From: Candidatus Latescibacterota bacterium
Lineage (GTDB): Bacteria > Latescibacterota > UBA2968 > UBA8231
Length of the DNA stretch: 64,000 nt
Direction of reading: 5' to 3'
NCBI GenBank assembly: GCA_965243025.1
Contig: CBDETY010000003.1
Location: forward strand, 3,680,001 to 3,744,000
This document shows positions 9,399 to 19,211 of the stretch, one piece after another (position 1 is the first letter of the stretch; each line of letters opens with the position of its first letter). A model generated the notes under the pieces. The model made no database searches. It was not told the DNA's origin and saw nothing but the letters and a program-made list of their open reading frames with translations. The position numbers were made by a program, and so were the translations under genes.

Positions 9399-12020
9399 TC
9401 AATAGGTCAGGGCGACGGTGCGCAGGACCTCCCGGTCCTCGACTCCCGATCCATCGGTGTCGCTCCCGAGACGAAGGCGAACGGCGTACATACCTGGCGG
9501 AACGAGGTCTCCGGCTTCGTCGCGGCCATCCCACGGGATCGAGTAAGCGCCGGCGCTGACACTGCGCTGCTCTTCCAGGAGCCTGATCCTGCGGCCCCCG
9601 AGATCGAATATCTCCGCTTCGACCGCGGTGCTCGCACCCACCAGCATGAGCGTGAAATCCAGCGTCATCTCGTCGTTGACGCCATCGCCATTGGGAGAAA
9701 ATACCGGCGGACTTACCGCGAGTTCGCCGAACAGCTCCTTGCGCTCCGGTTGGGCAACCACCTGCAGCGAGGTGCGGGTGACCTTCTCGTCGACGCGCTG
9801 CCACAGGCCGTCGCCCGAGCCGCGCAGCAGCGCCTGCAGGCGTCCGCCGGTGGAGTAGAGGGTACCCCGGAAATCGACCCGTACCGCCTCGGTTCCGGAA
9901 GGCACCTCTGGAAATGAAAGGTGCAGACTGTCGCCGCTGGCAACCACCACGACCCCGTCCAGCTCCTGACCCGCTTCGCCACCCCCTTCCAAAAGGGAGG
10001 AGGAGCCGGCGAATACCGATTCGCGCAACGGATCGAAGCTCAGTTGCATCCCCGCCGGGGGCACCAGCAGCAACTCGTTGAACGGATTGTCCTGATCCTC
10101 GATGTCGACCAACAGGAAAAACCCGCGCTCGACGCCCAACGAATCCACACGGGAAGGGATCACCTGTCCGCGCAGGCTGTTGGCCACCGGGTCGGAGAAG
10201 TTGACCTCAATGGATTTCAGGGTGGCGTGAACTCCGGGATCCCCGGACAGCAAGGTCGCCCGAATCTTGAGGAACTCGCGCGGCGAAGGGGAGGTGATCG
10301 CGCTTCCCGAGGCCGCTTCGTACGGTTCGCTCCACGGCTCCCAGTCGCTGCCGGCCACCTCCTCGGGAACGATATCCCCCTTCTGCGATTTGATGCGGAT
10401 CTTGTTGTAGGCCGCTTCCGTGATTTCGGTTCCGTCCGCCTTGAAATAGTGCAGCAGGGTGTCGAGGGTGTTTCCCGTCCGCGTCTGGAGCTGGACCCGC
10501 GTTCCCGGCGGCGTGTCGGCGTCCCACTCGATGGTGGTCAGGTTGCGGCTGCCCCCCAGCTGGATCAGGTCGGAAGTGAGCTCCACCTGCGGCTGGTATC
10601 CCTGCCCGATCAGCTGCATGTCGCCCACGTAGGCGGAAACGTTGGCGGGGTATTCGTTCTTGCCGGCGCGCCGGTACTGGAGGCGGAAGAAGCGGGCCTT
10701 GACCGGCTCGAAATCGAAGTCGTAGAGGTGAACCAGGCCGCTGGTGGCGGTGCGTTGCGGGAGGCCGCCGCTTTCCACCACGCGTTTCCATTTCAGCGAT
10801 CCGTCGATTTCACGCGTGCCGTCCGAAAAATCGACTGCGAACCCCCCGAAGGTCCAGGCGTGCCCTCCGCCCCGGAAATTCAGGGACATCCGTTTTCCCT
10901 CTATCCAGAAGTAGGATCCGAGGTCGGCGACGAGGTCGACCAGAAACGAGGCGTCGTGCAGTCCCGAAGCGGCGAGGTTGAAGGCGAGATAGCTTTCGAT
11001 CGTCCCGTCGAGGAGGATCTGCGGATTGAGGTCCGCGGCGCCGAGAACGTGCGTGGTCGTATGCGAGAAGGAACCGCCACGGGTCAGGGTTTCCTTGAAA
11101 AGGTCGTCGCCGTCGCTCCATACCTCGAGCTCGGCGAGGCGCGGCCGCTCCCTGCGGAAGTACCGGACCGGGCCGCGGCGGCTTTCTTCGAGCTGGTCGT
11201 AGGTTCCCCTGGTAACGGCGAGCTCCCCGCCCGTTGACAGCAGCTTGGTGTATTCCACCACCCCGGTATCCCCAGGCGCCTCCTGCCTCAGCAGCTCGAA
11301 CTCTTCCCGCGATATCTCGCGTCCCTTCTCCAGGCCGGAGCCGTTTACCACAACCTGAACCAGACGTACCAAGCGCTTGCGGCGCTGCTCGAGGGGGAGG
11401 TTGGCCAGATCGATCTCGATCACCCGTTGGTTCACGTTCGGGTGCAGGGTCTGGTACACGCGCGTGAAGTCGATGGATTCACTGGCTATCGCCTTGATCG
11501 GCTTCTGCCCGTCGGAGACCATCACGTCGAAGAGCTGGAACGGATCGCCCAGATCCTCATCGACGAAGCGGAGCACGATTTTGCTCGCGATCAGGGTTCG
11601 GCCCATGTCGACGGTGAACCACCACTGCAGACCGAGATCCCGGGCCGAGCCCGAAGGCGGGGCCGGCTCCCAGTAGGTCGTGAGATCGCCGTCGAACAGG
11701 TTGACGACATCCTCCCGGTCGGTACCCGCTTCGACCGCGTCGAGCAGGACGATCTCTTCGGGGTCCTTCTTGAGGCTGGCCGGAGGGTTGAAGCGCAGGT
11801 TTTCGAGAATGTCATGCACGGCGTTGGTGTTGGTTCGCCAGTATCTCGGCCTGACCCCGTCTTCGTCGATCGCCAGGGTGCCGGTGGAAAACATCCAGCT
11901 CTCCCAGTGGGCCTGGCCGGCGACAACCACGGAACCGGGGCTCACGGTATGGCCGCTTTGCGATCCCGCGCTGCCGGCGAGCAGCGACATGGACAAACAG
12001 ACGACGGGGAGTCTCCTCAT
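9399..12020 (-). CDS. Secreted discoidin-like protein with C-terminal FlgD-Ig/CHU_C-like domain (tandem copy B)
   Basis: Paralog of 6601-9225. Start moved from 12041 to ATG 12020 (MRRLPVV) by alignment with copy A and RBS GAGGGA. Confidence 0.8.
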   Translation of the reverse strand: MRRLPVVCLSMSLLAGSAGSQSGHTVSPGSVVVAGQAHWESWMFSTGTLAIDEDGVRPRYWRTNTNAVHDILENLRFNPPASLKKDPEEIVLLDAVEAGTDREDVVNLFDGDLTTYWEPAPPSGSARDLGLQWWFTVDMGRTLIASKIVLRFVDEDLGDPFQLFDVMVSDGQKPIKAIASESIDFTRVYQTLHPNVNQRVIEIDLANLPLEQRRKRLVRLVQVVVNGSGLEKGREISREEFELLRQEAPGDTGVVEYTKLLSTGGELAVTRGTYDQLEESRRGPVRYFRRERPRLAELEVWSDGDDLFKETLTRGGSFSHTTTHVLGAADLNPQILLDGTIESYLAFNLAASGLHDASFLVDLVADLGSYFWIEGKRMSLNFRGGGHAWTFGGFAVDFSDGTREIDGSLKWKRVVESGGLPQRTATSGLVHLYDFDFEPVKARFFRLQYRRAGKNEYPANVSAYVGDMQLIGQGYQPQVELTSDLIQLGGSRNLTTIEWDADTPPGTRVQLQTRTGNTLDTLLHYFKADGTEITEAAYNKIRIKSQKGDIVPEEVAGSDWEPWSEPYEAASGSAITSPSPREFLKIRATLLSGDPGVHATLKSIEVNFSDPVANSLRGQVIPSRVDSLGVERGFFLLVDIEDQDNPFNELLLVPPAGMQLSFDPLRESVFAGSSSLLEGGGEAGQELDGVVVVASGDSLHLSFPEVPSGTEAVRVDFRGTLYSTGGRLQALLRGSGDGLWQRVDEKVTRTSLQVVAQPERKELFGELAVSPPVFSPNGDGVNDEMTLDFTLMLVGASTAVEAEIFDLGGRRIRLLEEQRSVSAGAYSIPWDGRDEAGDLVPPGMYAVRLRLGSDTDGSGVEDREVLRTVALTY

Positions 12021-12120
12021 CGCGAATCCCTCATTCTGCATTTCGCCTTGTGTCCATAAAGCCGGTTGGAGCCGTCACTGCGATCTCGCATACCCCAGGA
12101 GGGCAAGTCCAGTTCCCGGT

Positions 12121-14049
12121 TCAATAAACCAGGGCAAGGGCGGCAACCTCGGCATCGGGCTCATCATCCGCCTCGACTTCCAGCCGCAACAGGTACAAGC
12201 CGGGGGACAGCAGCCTGGCCTGTTCGTCCCGGCCGTCCCAGGTCGCCGAAAAACGGCCGCTGGTCCCGGCATCCACCGCAATATCCGCCACCCGCGCCCC
12301 CGCCAGATCGAACACCGCCAGCGAAACCGGAGCTCCCCCCACCAGGTTAACCAGATCGTATTCAACCGTCAGGAGGTCGTTGATCCCGTCGGCATTGGGG
12401 GTGAACGCCGACACTTCGAACGACCGGATGGTGCGAGTTCCTTCCATGACCGGGTTCACGCTGAGCGCGTTTCCCTCCACCAGAGGGTCGGCGTCTCCGG
12501 GGGTAACGCGCTGGCGGACTTCCGCCGGACGCTCGCTGTCGTAAATCCTGCCCGCGAACACCGTGCCCACCTGAAACACTTCGCTCCGAAACACCACCTC
12601 CATGAGCTCGCCCGAGGTCTCCAGGTCCACCCGGGGAATGTGCACGGAAAAGCTCTCGCCGTCCCACGGGGTCACGGAAAACTCCCCGGGGGACAGGACC
12701 GCCTGCCCGATGCGCACTTCGTCGACGTTTGCCGGAGACGCGGTGTATATCTGAACGCTGTCGAAACCGAGGTCGTCTCCCTGTATCCTCGGAAGCAGCT
12801 TGTAAGTGAACGACGTGGCCTCTCCGGGCCTGACCTCGTTGGGGTAAACCTCCGCCGCCACTTCGCTCGCCGAGGGCGGAGCCGACACCTCGAATTGCAG
12901 ATAGTCCAGGGCGGCCCCGGAAGATCCCTTTGAAGAGATGAAGTCCGCCTTTGTCTGCAGGAACCGACGGGGCTTGCCGTCCACATCCCCGCTCCGGCCT
13001 GCCCCGAAGTCGAAGGGTCCCCTCCAGAACCCCCAGTTCTCCCTGTCAGGCTTGATGCCCGCTTTCTCCCCTCCCTCCAAGCGGCTGTAGCTGCCCCGGT
13101 CCAGCAGGTTGCCGTCCCGGTCGAAGCGGGTCCGCTCATCGCCGCGGAAGGTGCGGCGCCAGTAGCTGTTGGGATCCTCGTCATCCCCGGTTCGCATGCT
13201 GAGCTCGATGGCAGCGCCCGGATCCTCGCTGCCGGACCAGGTGAGGTCGCCGAGAACGGAACGCCCACCCAGATCGAGGACATTCGAAAGGTAACCGGCT
13301 CTGGAAACAAAGCCGTCGCCGTAGATCTCGAACTCCGCTATCTCCCAGTCTCCTCTGGGAGACTCGAACAGCATCTCGGCGATCGGAACGTCGGGAAGCT
13401 CGATGTCGACGATCGGATCCCTGTTCCCGATCACGTTGTAGACCGGGTCGAAGTCGATAACCTCGAATCTTCCGGTGTGCTTGTAGGCCCGGGTTCCGCG
13501 TTTCCGGATGTCGCCGTCGTTGGTGCCAATGAAAAAATCCCTGACGAACCGTCTTTTCAGGAACTCCGGCCTCGGCTGGAATACGACCCGGCGGATGGGA
13601 TACAGATCGGCGAAATCGATCCAGATCGCCCACAAGAAACCGTCCTCTGAAAACCGCGAGGACCAGTTGTAAAAACCAAGAAAGGCGGTTCTCAAGTTCC
13701 CGTCCACGAGCCCCCCGACCCAGCGATCATCTTCCCAACCCTCAAGCGGATCGTAGAACCGCACATGGCCGCCGCGCTCGAGGATCCCGGGGGCAATGTT
13801 GACTTCGGGATCGAGACGGACCGGCGTCAGCGATTCGTTGATTTCGATATGGCGATGATTCCCGGAAAGTTCCTCGTCGACGTCAGCCCAGGAAAGCTGA
13901 ACGAAATCGATTCCCTCCTGGCTGGCCTTGTCCGGGACCGGAAGTTTCTCACCGCCGAGGCGGTAGACCGTGAGTGTGTCTACAGGGCCGGCTCCAAAAG
14001 CGCAGGCCACCAGGGCTCCAAGCGTACAGCGGAGGGAGTGAGGTTTCAT
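12121..14049 (-). CDS. Secreted ~640 aa discoidin-like/FlgD-Ig protein (paralog 1)
   Basis: Start MKPHSLR at 14049 preferred over 14127. Motifs LTVYRLGG, LVDGNLRTAF, WEIAEFEIYGDGF, RTGDDEDP, FTPNADGIND, WDGRD. Confidence 0.8.
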   Translation of the reverse strand: MKPHSLRCTLGALVACAFGAGPVDTLTVYRLGGEKLPVPDKASQEGIDFVQLSWADVDEELSGNHRHIEINESLTPVRLDPEVNIAPGILERGGHVRFYDPLEGWEDDRWVGGLVDGNLRTAFLGFYNWSSRFSEDGFLWAIWIDFADLYPIRRVVFQPRPEFLKRRFVRDFFIGTNDGDIRKRGTRAYKHTGRFEVIDFDPVYNVIGNRDPIVDIELPDVPIAEMLFESPRGDWEIAEFEIYGDGFVSRAGYLSNVLDLGGRSVLGDLTWSGSEDPGAAIELSMRTGDDEDPNSYWRRTFRGDERTRFDRDGNLLDRGSYSRLEGGEKAGIKPDRENWGFWRGPFDFGAGRSGDVDGKPRRFLQTKADFISSKGSSGAALDYLQFEVSAPPSASEVAAEVYPNEVRPGEATSFTYKLLPRIQGDDLGFDSVQIYTASPANVDEVRIGQAVLSPGEFSVTPWDGESFSVHIPRVDLETSGELMEVVFRSEVFQVGTVFAGRIYDSERPAEVRQRVTPGDADPLVEGNALSVNPVMEGTRTIRSFEVSAFTPNADGINDLLTVEYDLVNLVGGAPVSLAVFDLAGARVADIAVDAGTSGRFSATWDGRDEQARLLSPGLYLLRLEVEADDEPDAEVAALALVY

Positions 14050-14228
14050 GCGGCCTTCAAGTGCCTGCAGGGTGACGGGTCGACCTGGCGTCAACGCGCG
14101 ACCGGCAGGGGAATCGTCGCCGTTCACTTTCGGAAGAAACCTGAAGCAGGGAGGAGCAACTCCACAAAAGGCTCGCTCCCCCTTTCCTTCAGAAGTATTC
14201 CCAAGGGCCCGGTTCGCTGCCCGGCGCT

Positions 14229-16211
14229 TCAGTAGGCGATGGGAATTACGGCAACTTCGATATCGGTCTCTTCGTCCGCCTCGACCTCCAGCTTCAGCAG
14301 GTACAAGCCGGGAGAAAGCAGGCCGGCCTGGTCGTCGCGGCCATCCCAGGTCGCCGAAAAACGACCGCTGATCCCCGCATCCACCGCAATATCCGCAACC
14401 CGCACGCCCGCCAGATTGAACACCTCGAGCGCCACGGGAACACCCCCTGCCAGGTTCACCAGGTCGTATTCCACCTTCAGCAGGTCGTTTATCCCGTCGG
14501 CGTTCGGGGTGAAAGCGGACACCTCGAGCGCCTGGATGGTCCGTGTACCCACCATTCCCGGCGATACGCTGAGCGTATTCCCTTCCACCAGCGGATCCGC
14601 ATCACCCGCCGTAACCCGCTGGCGCACCTCCATCGGGCGGGTTGTGTCGAAAACACGGCCCGTAAACACGGTACCCACCTTGAACACCTCACCTTTGAAC
14701 ACCACTTCGATGAGCTCACCCGAGGACTGCAGGTCGACCCGGGGAATGTGCACGGAAAAGCTCTCGCCATCCCATGGCGTGACCGAGAACTCCCCCGGAG
14801 ACAGAACCGCGGACCCGATTCGCACCTCGTCGACGCTTGCCGGGGCCACCGGCGTCTGGATTTGAATGCTGTCGAAACCGAGGTCGTTCTCCTGCATCTC
14901 CGGGAGCAGCTTGTAGGTGAAGGAGGTCACCTGCCCCAGTTCCGATACCGTCGGCTCGATTTCGGCGAGTACCTGGCTGGCAACCGGCGGCGTCGACACC
15001 TCGAATTCAACAAAATCCAGCTTGCTTCCCGCCGAGCCGATTGTCGAGGAAAAATCCGCTTTGATCTGCACGAATTGCCTGGGCCTGTCGCTGACCAGGT
15101 CGCCGCGTCCGGCATCGAAATTCAGCAGGGTCGTCCAGAAACCCCAGTTCTCCCTGTCCGGGGTTATCGGCAACCTCTCGCCTCCTTCGAGCCGCTGGTA
15201 GGATGACCGGGTGAGTTCGTTCCCGCTGGCATCGAAGCGGGATTTCTCATCGCCGCGAAATGTCAGCCGCCAGTAGAAGTTCGGGTCTTCGTCGTCTCCT
15301 GTGCGCACGCTCAGGTCCACGGCCGCCCCTTCGTCAACCGAACCCGACCAGGTCAGGGTGCCGAGGCTCGAGCGCGCCCCGAGGTCGATGATGTTGGAAA
15401 TGTAGGCCGCCTGTGACACGAAACCGTCCCCGTAGATCTCGAGTTCAGCGAGTTCCCAGTTCCCCTCTCCGGCGGCCAGTACGAGCTCGGAAACAGGCTC
15501 GTCCGGCAGCTCGAGGTCGAGAACGGCTGTGGTGTTTTCCCTGATGTCGATCTTTACGTCGAAGTCGACGAAACGGTTCCCGCGCCAGGTCAGCCTGCCA
15601 TCCCGGGTGCCGTGCAAAGGGTCGAGAGCGAGGGTGGCAGGAGTTCTGTTGACCGGTGCGTTATTTGTACCGACCTGCAGGTTGGGCATGAAGCGGTCGA
15701 CATGGTGGTCGGGGGTAGGCTGCAGGACGAGCCGGCGGATCGGGAAGAAGCCCCGGAACTGAATCCACACGGTCTTGCAGCGCCGCGTCGCCGTGAAGGT
15801 ACCGCAATGGAGCCCGAAATCGGATCTCAGGCCGGTGTAGGCGGTTTCGTAATCGCCGTCAAAAGCCAGGTCGAGCAGTGGTTCGTCCTGCCAGCCGTAC
15901 CCATTGGAGGACTTGATTTCCGCACCGCGCGACCTGAGCAGCGGAGTGAGGTTTTCGGTCGGGTCGAGGCGTTGGGGTTGCAGAGGCCCGTCGGTCTCGA
16001 CGAGGAAAGCAGATCCGAACTTCTCCTCGTCCGCGTCGGCCCAGTTCAACTGAATGAACTCCACGCCGGGCTCGGAGGAGATTTCGGGAGGCGGGATCTC
16101 GGTCCCACCGATCCGGTAAATGGTCAGGGCATTGCCGTTCCTCGATCCCCCCGGGTTGAGAATCAGCAGGGCCGCAAGGGCCAGCGCATGACGGGCCGGA
16201 AAGGCGGTCAT
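14229..16211 (-). CDS. Secreted 660 aa discoidin-like/FlgD-Ig protein (paralog 2)
   Basis: Signal peptide; LAFDGDYETAY; WELAELEIYGDGF; FTPNADGIND; WDGRDD. RBS GAGGGG. Confidence 0.8.
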   Translation of the reverse strand: MTAFPARHALALAALLILNPGGSRNGNALTIYRIGGTEIPPPEISSEPGVEFIQLNWADADEEKFGSAFLVETDGPLQPQRLDPTENLTPLLRSRGAEIKSSNGYGWQDEPLLDLAFDGDYETAYTGLRSDFGLHCGTFTATRRCKTVWIQFRGFFPIRRLVLQPTPDHHVDRFMPNLQVGTNNAPVNRTPATLALDPLHGTRDGRLTWRGNRFVDFDVKIDIRENTTAVLDLELPDEPVSELVLAAGEGNWELAELEIYGDGFVSQAAYISNIIDLGARSSLGTLTWSGSVDEGAAVDLSVRTGDDEDPNFYWRLTFRGDEKSRFDASGNELTRSSYQRLEGGERLPITPDRENWGFWTTLLNFDAGRGDLVSDRPRQFVQIKADFSSTIGSAGSKLDFVEFEVSTPPVASQVLAEIEPTVSELGQVTSFTYKLLPEMQENDLGFDSIQIQTPVAPASVDEVRIGSAVLSPGEFSVTPWDGESFSVHIPRVDLQSSGELIEVVFKGEVFKVGTVFTGRVFDTTRPMEVRQRVTAGDADPLVEGNTLSVSPGMVGTRTIQALEVSAFTPNADGINDLLKVEYDLVNLAGGVPVALEVFNLAGVRVADIAVDAGISGRFSATWDGRDDQAGLLSPGLYLLKLEVEADEETDIEVAVIPIAY

Positions 16212-16238
16212 GTCATCCCCTCTCGATTGTTTGGAGAC

Positions 16239-18167
16239 TCAGTAAACGAGGGGCACCGACGCCACCGCGATATCGGTCTCCTCGTCCGCTTCAACTTTCA
16301 GTCTGATGAGGTATATACCCGGGGGCTGCAGCTGGTTTCCCTCTCTGCCGTCCCAGGTTGCGGTGAAACGGCCGCTTTCACCGGTGCCGGTTTCGTCTAT
16401 CTCGATGGCCGCGACGCGTTCGCCGGCAAGATTGTACACGCCAAGTTCGACAGGAACTGCCCCGGAGAGATTGACGAGATCGTACTCGATCTCGAGAACA
16501 TCGTTGACGCTGTCGCCATTCGGCGAGAATGGAGACACGATCAGGGCCTGAATCGCGCGGCCGCCGACCGTGGTCGGGGAAACGCTGAGCGAATTCCCTT
16601 CCACGAGCGGGTCAGCGTCCCCTTCAGTGACGCGTTGGCGAACTTCCAACGGCTTCTCGCTGTCGAACACTCTGCCGGAAAACACGGTGCCCACCTTGAA
16701 CACCTCGCTCCGGAACACTACCTCGATAAGCTCTCCCGACGACTGCAGGTCGACGCGGGGAATATGGACCGAGAAACTTTCGCCGTCGTATGGACTGACG
16801 TCGAACTCCCCCGGGGACAGAACCGCCGACCCGATGCGTACTTCGTCGACGCTGGCAGGGGCAAGGGGCGCCGAGATCTGGATACTGTCGAAACCGAGGT
16901 CGTCTCCCTGTATCCGGGGAAGCAGTTTGTAGGTAAAGGCCGTAGTCTCCCCGAGTTGGGCCTCCGGGGGGAAGATCTCGGCCATCACCTCACTCGCTAC
17001 CGGAGGCGTCGACACCTCGAATTGCAGAACGTCCAGAGAACTGCCGGCTGACCCTCTGGTCGAGAAAAAATCCGCCTTGACCTGCACGAACCGGCGAGGC
17101 TTCCCACCTACGAGGCCACTTCTGCCAAGAGCGAATTCCAGCGGCGCTGTCCAGAATTCCCAATTCTCGCTGTCCGGTGCGATGCCTCCCTTCTCACCAC
17201 CTTCCAACCGGTTGTAGCTGCGGCGATCCAGGGGTTTGCCCTCATGGTCGAAGCTGCTGCGCTCCTCACCCCGGAAGGTGAGGCGCCAGTACGAGTTGGG
17301 ATCCTCGTCATCCCCGGTGCGCATGCTGAGCTCGATACCGGCCCCGGGATCTTCGCTTCCCGACCAGGTGAGGTCGCCGAGGCTCGAGCGCCCGCCGAGG
17401 TCGACGATGTTCGAAACGTAATTCGCCCGGGCAGCATATCCGTCTCCATAGATCTCGAGCTCCGCAATTTCCCAATCTCCGGACGGGGACTCCACCAGCA
17501 TTTCGGCAATCGGAATATCAGGCAGTTCAAGATCGAGGATCGGGGTCCGATTCTCGGTAACGTTGTATACGACATCGAAGTCGAAGAACTTTCCGCCTCT
17601 CCAGGAGTGCCTGTACTCCCGGGTTCCCCGCTTGCGAATGTCGCCGTCGTTGGTCCCGATGACGTAGTCCTTGACGAAGCGCTCGTTCAGGAACTTTGGC
17701 GAAGGCTGAAAAACGACCCGGCGAATGGGAAACAGGCCGGCGAAATCGATCCAGATTCCCTTGTAGTACTGGCTTCCTGTCTGATCGCCTCTCACACCCT
17801 GAAAGGCGGTGTCGTAATCCCCGTCGAACAGGAAATCGAGGTCCGGCTGATCCTGCCAGCCGTAAGAATTGTTCAACTGGATCCGACCCCCGCGCTCCCG
17901 GATCAACGGCGTCAGATTGACGCTGGGATCGAGGCGGACAGGAGTCAGCGACCCGCTCGTCTCGAGCTGGTGAGAGCTTCCGAACAGATCGTCGTCGACA
18001 TCCGCCCAGAACAGCTGGACGAAATCGACTCCCTCCTCGTTTGCGGCTTCGGGAACGGACAGATCCTCCCCGCCAAGCCGGTAGATGGTGAGTGAATCCC
18101 CGGGCTCCGCCAGGATCAGGGCAAGACCTGGAAGGAATCTCCTAAGAATGGCAATCGTTGTCTTCAT
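16239..18167 (-). CDS. Secreted ~640 aa discoidin-like/FlgD-Ig protein (paralog 3)
   Basis: Start MKTTIAIL at 18167 (RBS GGGGGA) preferred over 18284, which lies inside the terminator. Motifs FLFDGDYDTAF, FSPNGDSVND, WDGRE. Confidence 0.8.
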   Translation of the reverse strand: MKTTIAILRRFLPGLALILAEPGDSLTIYRLGGEDLSVPEAANEEGVDFVQLFWADVDDDLFGSSHQLETSGSLTPVRLDPSVNLTPLIRERGGRIQLNNSYGWQDQPDLDFLFDGDYDTAFQGVRGDQTGSQYYKGIWIDFAGLFPIRRVVFQPSPKFLNERFVKDYVIGTNDGDIRKRGTREYRHSWRGGKFFDFDVVYNVTENRTPILDLELPDIPIAEMLVESPSGDWEIAELEIYGDGYAARANYVSNIVDLGGRSSLGDLTWSGSEDPGAGIELSMRTGDDEDPNSYWRLTFRGEERSSFDHEGKPLDRRSYNRLEGGEKGGIAPDSENWEFWTAPLEFALGRSGLVGGKPRRFVQVKADFFSTRGSAGSSLDVLQFEVSTPPVASEVMAEIFPPEAQLGETTAFTYKLLPRIQGDDLGFDSIQISAPLAPASVDEVRIGSAVLSPGEFDVSPYDGESFSVHIPRVDLQSSGELIEVVFRSEVFKVGTVFSGRVFDSEKPLEVRQRVTEGDADPLVEGNSLSVSPTTVGGRAIQALIVSPFSPNGDSVNDVLEIEYDLVNLSGAVPVELGVYNLAGERVAAIEIDETGTGESGRFTATWDGREGNQLQPPGIYLIRLKVEADEETDIAVASVPLVY

Positions 18168-18250
18168 CGAAATCCCCCGCTTTTCTCCAGCTGCCGGGCC
18201 GGAATCGAATTCCATCCAACGGGTTTCACGAAGAATGGCTGACTTCGGGA

Positions 18251-18287
18251 AATAAAAAAAGGGATGGACCCGTTTCGAGCCCATCCC
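18251..18287 (-). terminator. Rho-independent terminator after the 300 aa gene
   Basis: Minus strand reads GGGATGGGCTCG-AAA-CGGGTCCATCCC-TTTTTTTATT: a 12-bp stem (two G-U pairs) plus a U7 tract. Confidence 0.9.
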
Positions 18288-18308
18288 CGTACTTCAGAGA
18301 AACAAACC

Positions 18309-19211
18309 TTACCTGGAAACGGAGGCCTTGATCCGTCCCCAGCTGTCTTCTTCTACCGCTGTATCTGTGAAGTCTACAGTCTCATCGATCGGCAGAAGGA
18401 GGAAGTCAGCGAGGAAATCGGCGTCGCCGAAACTTTCCACGTTGGGTCCGATCGTCCAGCGGCCCCAACAGTTGCAGTCGTCGGTGAACTCGGCATCGCC
18501 GTCGTGAACCTGAACGCTCACGCCTATGATCTGGTCGGCCTCGAAGTCGTGAAGGATGCTCTCTTCAGCGGAGGTCCAGTTGTAGTCATCCCAGTAAAGC
18601 TGCCACCACTCGGCGTAGGTGCGCGCTTCCTGGTTGGAACCTGGAGTCCCGTCGACCCGGTGCGCCTGTTGCGACCACTCGGGGTCGCGGTACCAATCGC
18701 CCTGAGTCATCCAGAACCAGGTCCAGTTCTCGGAGAAACCTTCGTCGAATGCCCAGTGGTGGGTTTGGGCGTGACGGCCTTTCTGCCGCTGGGCTTCTTC
18801 GTCCGTCATGCCTTCGATGCTCCAGAAAGTCCCACCGCTGTGGTCGGCATCGATCACACCTTCGATGGTTTCGCCGCCGATGTGGATGTCGTCGAATTTT
18901 TCGAAGACATAGTAGATGCGGTCAGTTTCATCGTTGTAGGCTAGGGCCCAACGGAACGACAGGGAGGACGGATCGAGATCGCCCACGTAGTTCCAGGGAC
19001 GCTCGTCGCTCTGGACGACATCGACTTCGGTGATGAAGAACTCGGGCGGGAGGATATCCCACTCACCGAGATCGCCGTCGAGAACCGGCAGGGCGTTTTC
19101 GGGCCAGGCCCAGACAGCGCCCAGAAAATCCGGCGGATCGTGTGCCGTTGCAGTGCCGCTCAACGAGAAAACGAGAGCGCCGGCAAGCAGCAATGAGGAA
19201 AGCTTCTTCAC
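18309..19211 (-). CDS. Secreted acidic CBM9/DOMON-like protein with C-terminal TAVExxSWGxIK tail
   Basis: 300 aa, GTG start with strong RBS AAGGAG and clear signal peptide. Motifs VLDGDLGEW, AYNDETDRIY..FEKFDD, IDADHSGG, IIGVSVQVHDGD. Ends TAVEEDSWGRIKASVSR. Confidence 0.75.
   Translation of the reverse strand: MKKLSSLLLAGALVFSLSGTATAHDPPDFLGAVWAWPENALPVLDGDLGEWDILPPEFFITEVDVVQSDERPWNYVGDLDPSSLSFRWALAYNDETDRIYYVFEKFDDIHIGGETIEGVIDADHSGGTFWSIEGMTDEEAQRQKGRHAQTHHWAFDEGFSENWTWFWMTQGDWYRDPEWSQQAHRVDGTPGSNQEARTYAEWWQLYWDDYNWTSAEESILHDFEADQIIGVSVQVHDGDAEFTDDCNCWGRWTIGPNVESFGDADFLADFLLLPIDETVDFTDTAVEEDSWGRIKASVSR

Larger units (their letters stand above)
6598..12020. repeat. Near-identical direct tandem duplication of a ~2.6 kb gene (about 6598-9225 and 9396-12020)
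   Basis: Long stretches are base-for-base identical (e.g. 7476-7839 vs 10271-10634), interrupted by scattered SNPs and a few divergent patches. Confidence 0.95.

Noticed and set aside
6598-12020. Diversity-generating retroelement (TR/VR pair) as explanation of the near-identical repeats
   Set aside because: There is no reverse transcriptase in the window, both copies are full ORFs, and the differences are not confined to adenines.
6598-12020. Pure assembly artefact for the duplication
   Set aside because: Distinct signal peptides, upstream regions, divergent patches and a decayed junction remnant argue for a real duplication, although long reads are needed to exclude strain chimerism.
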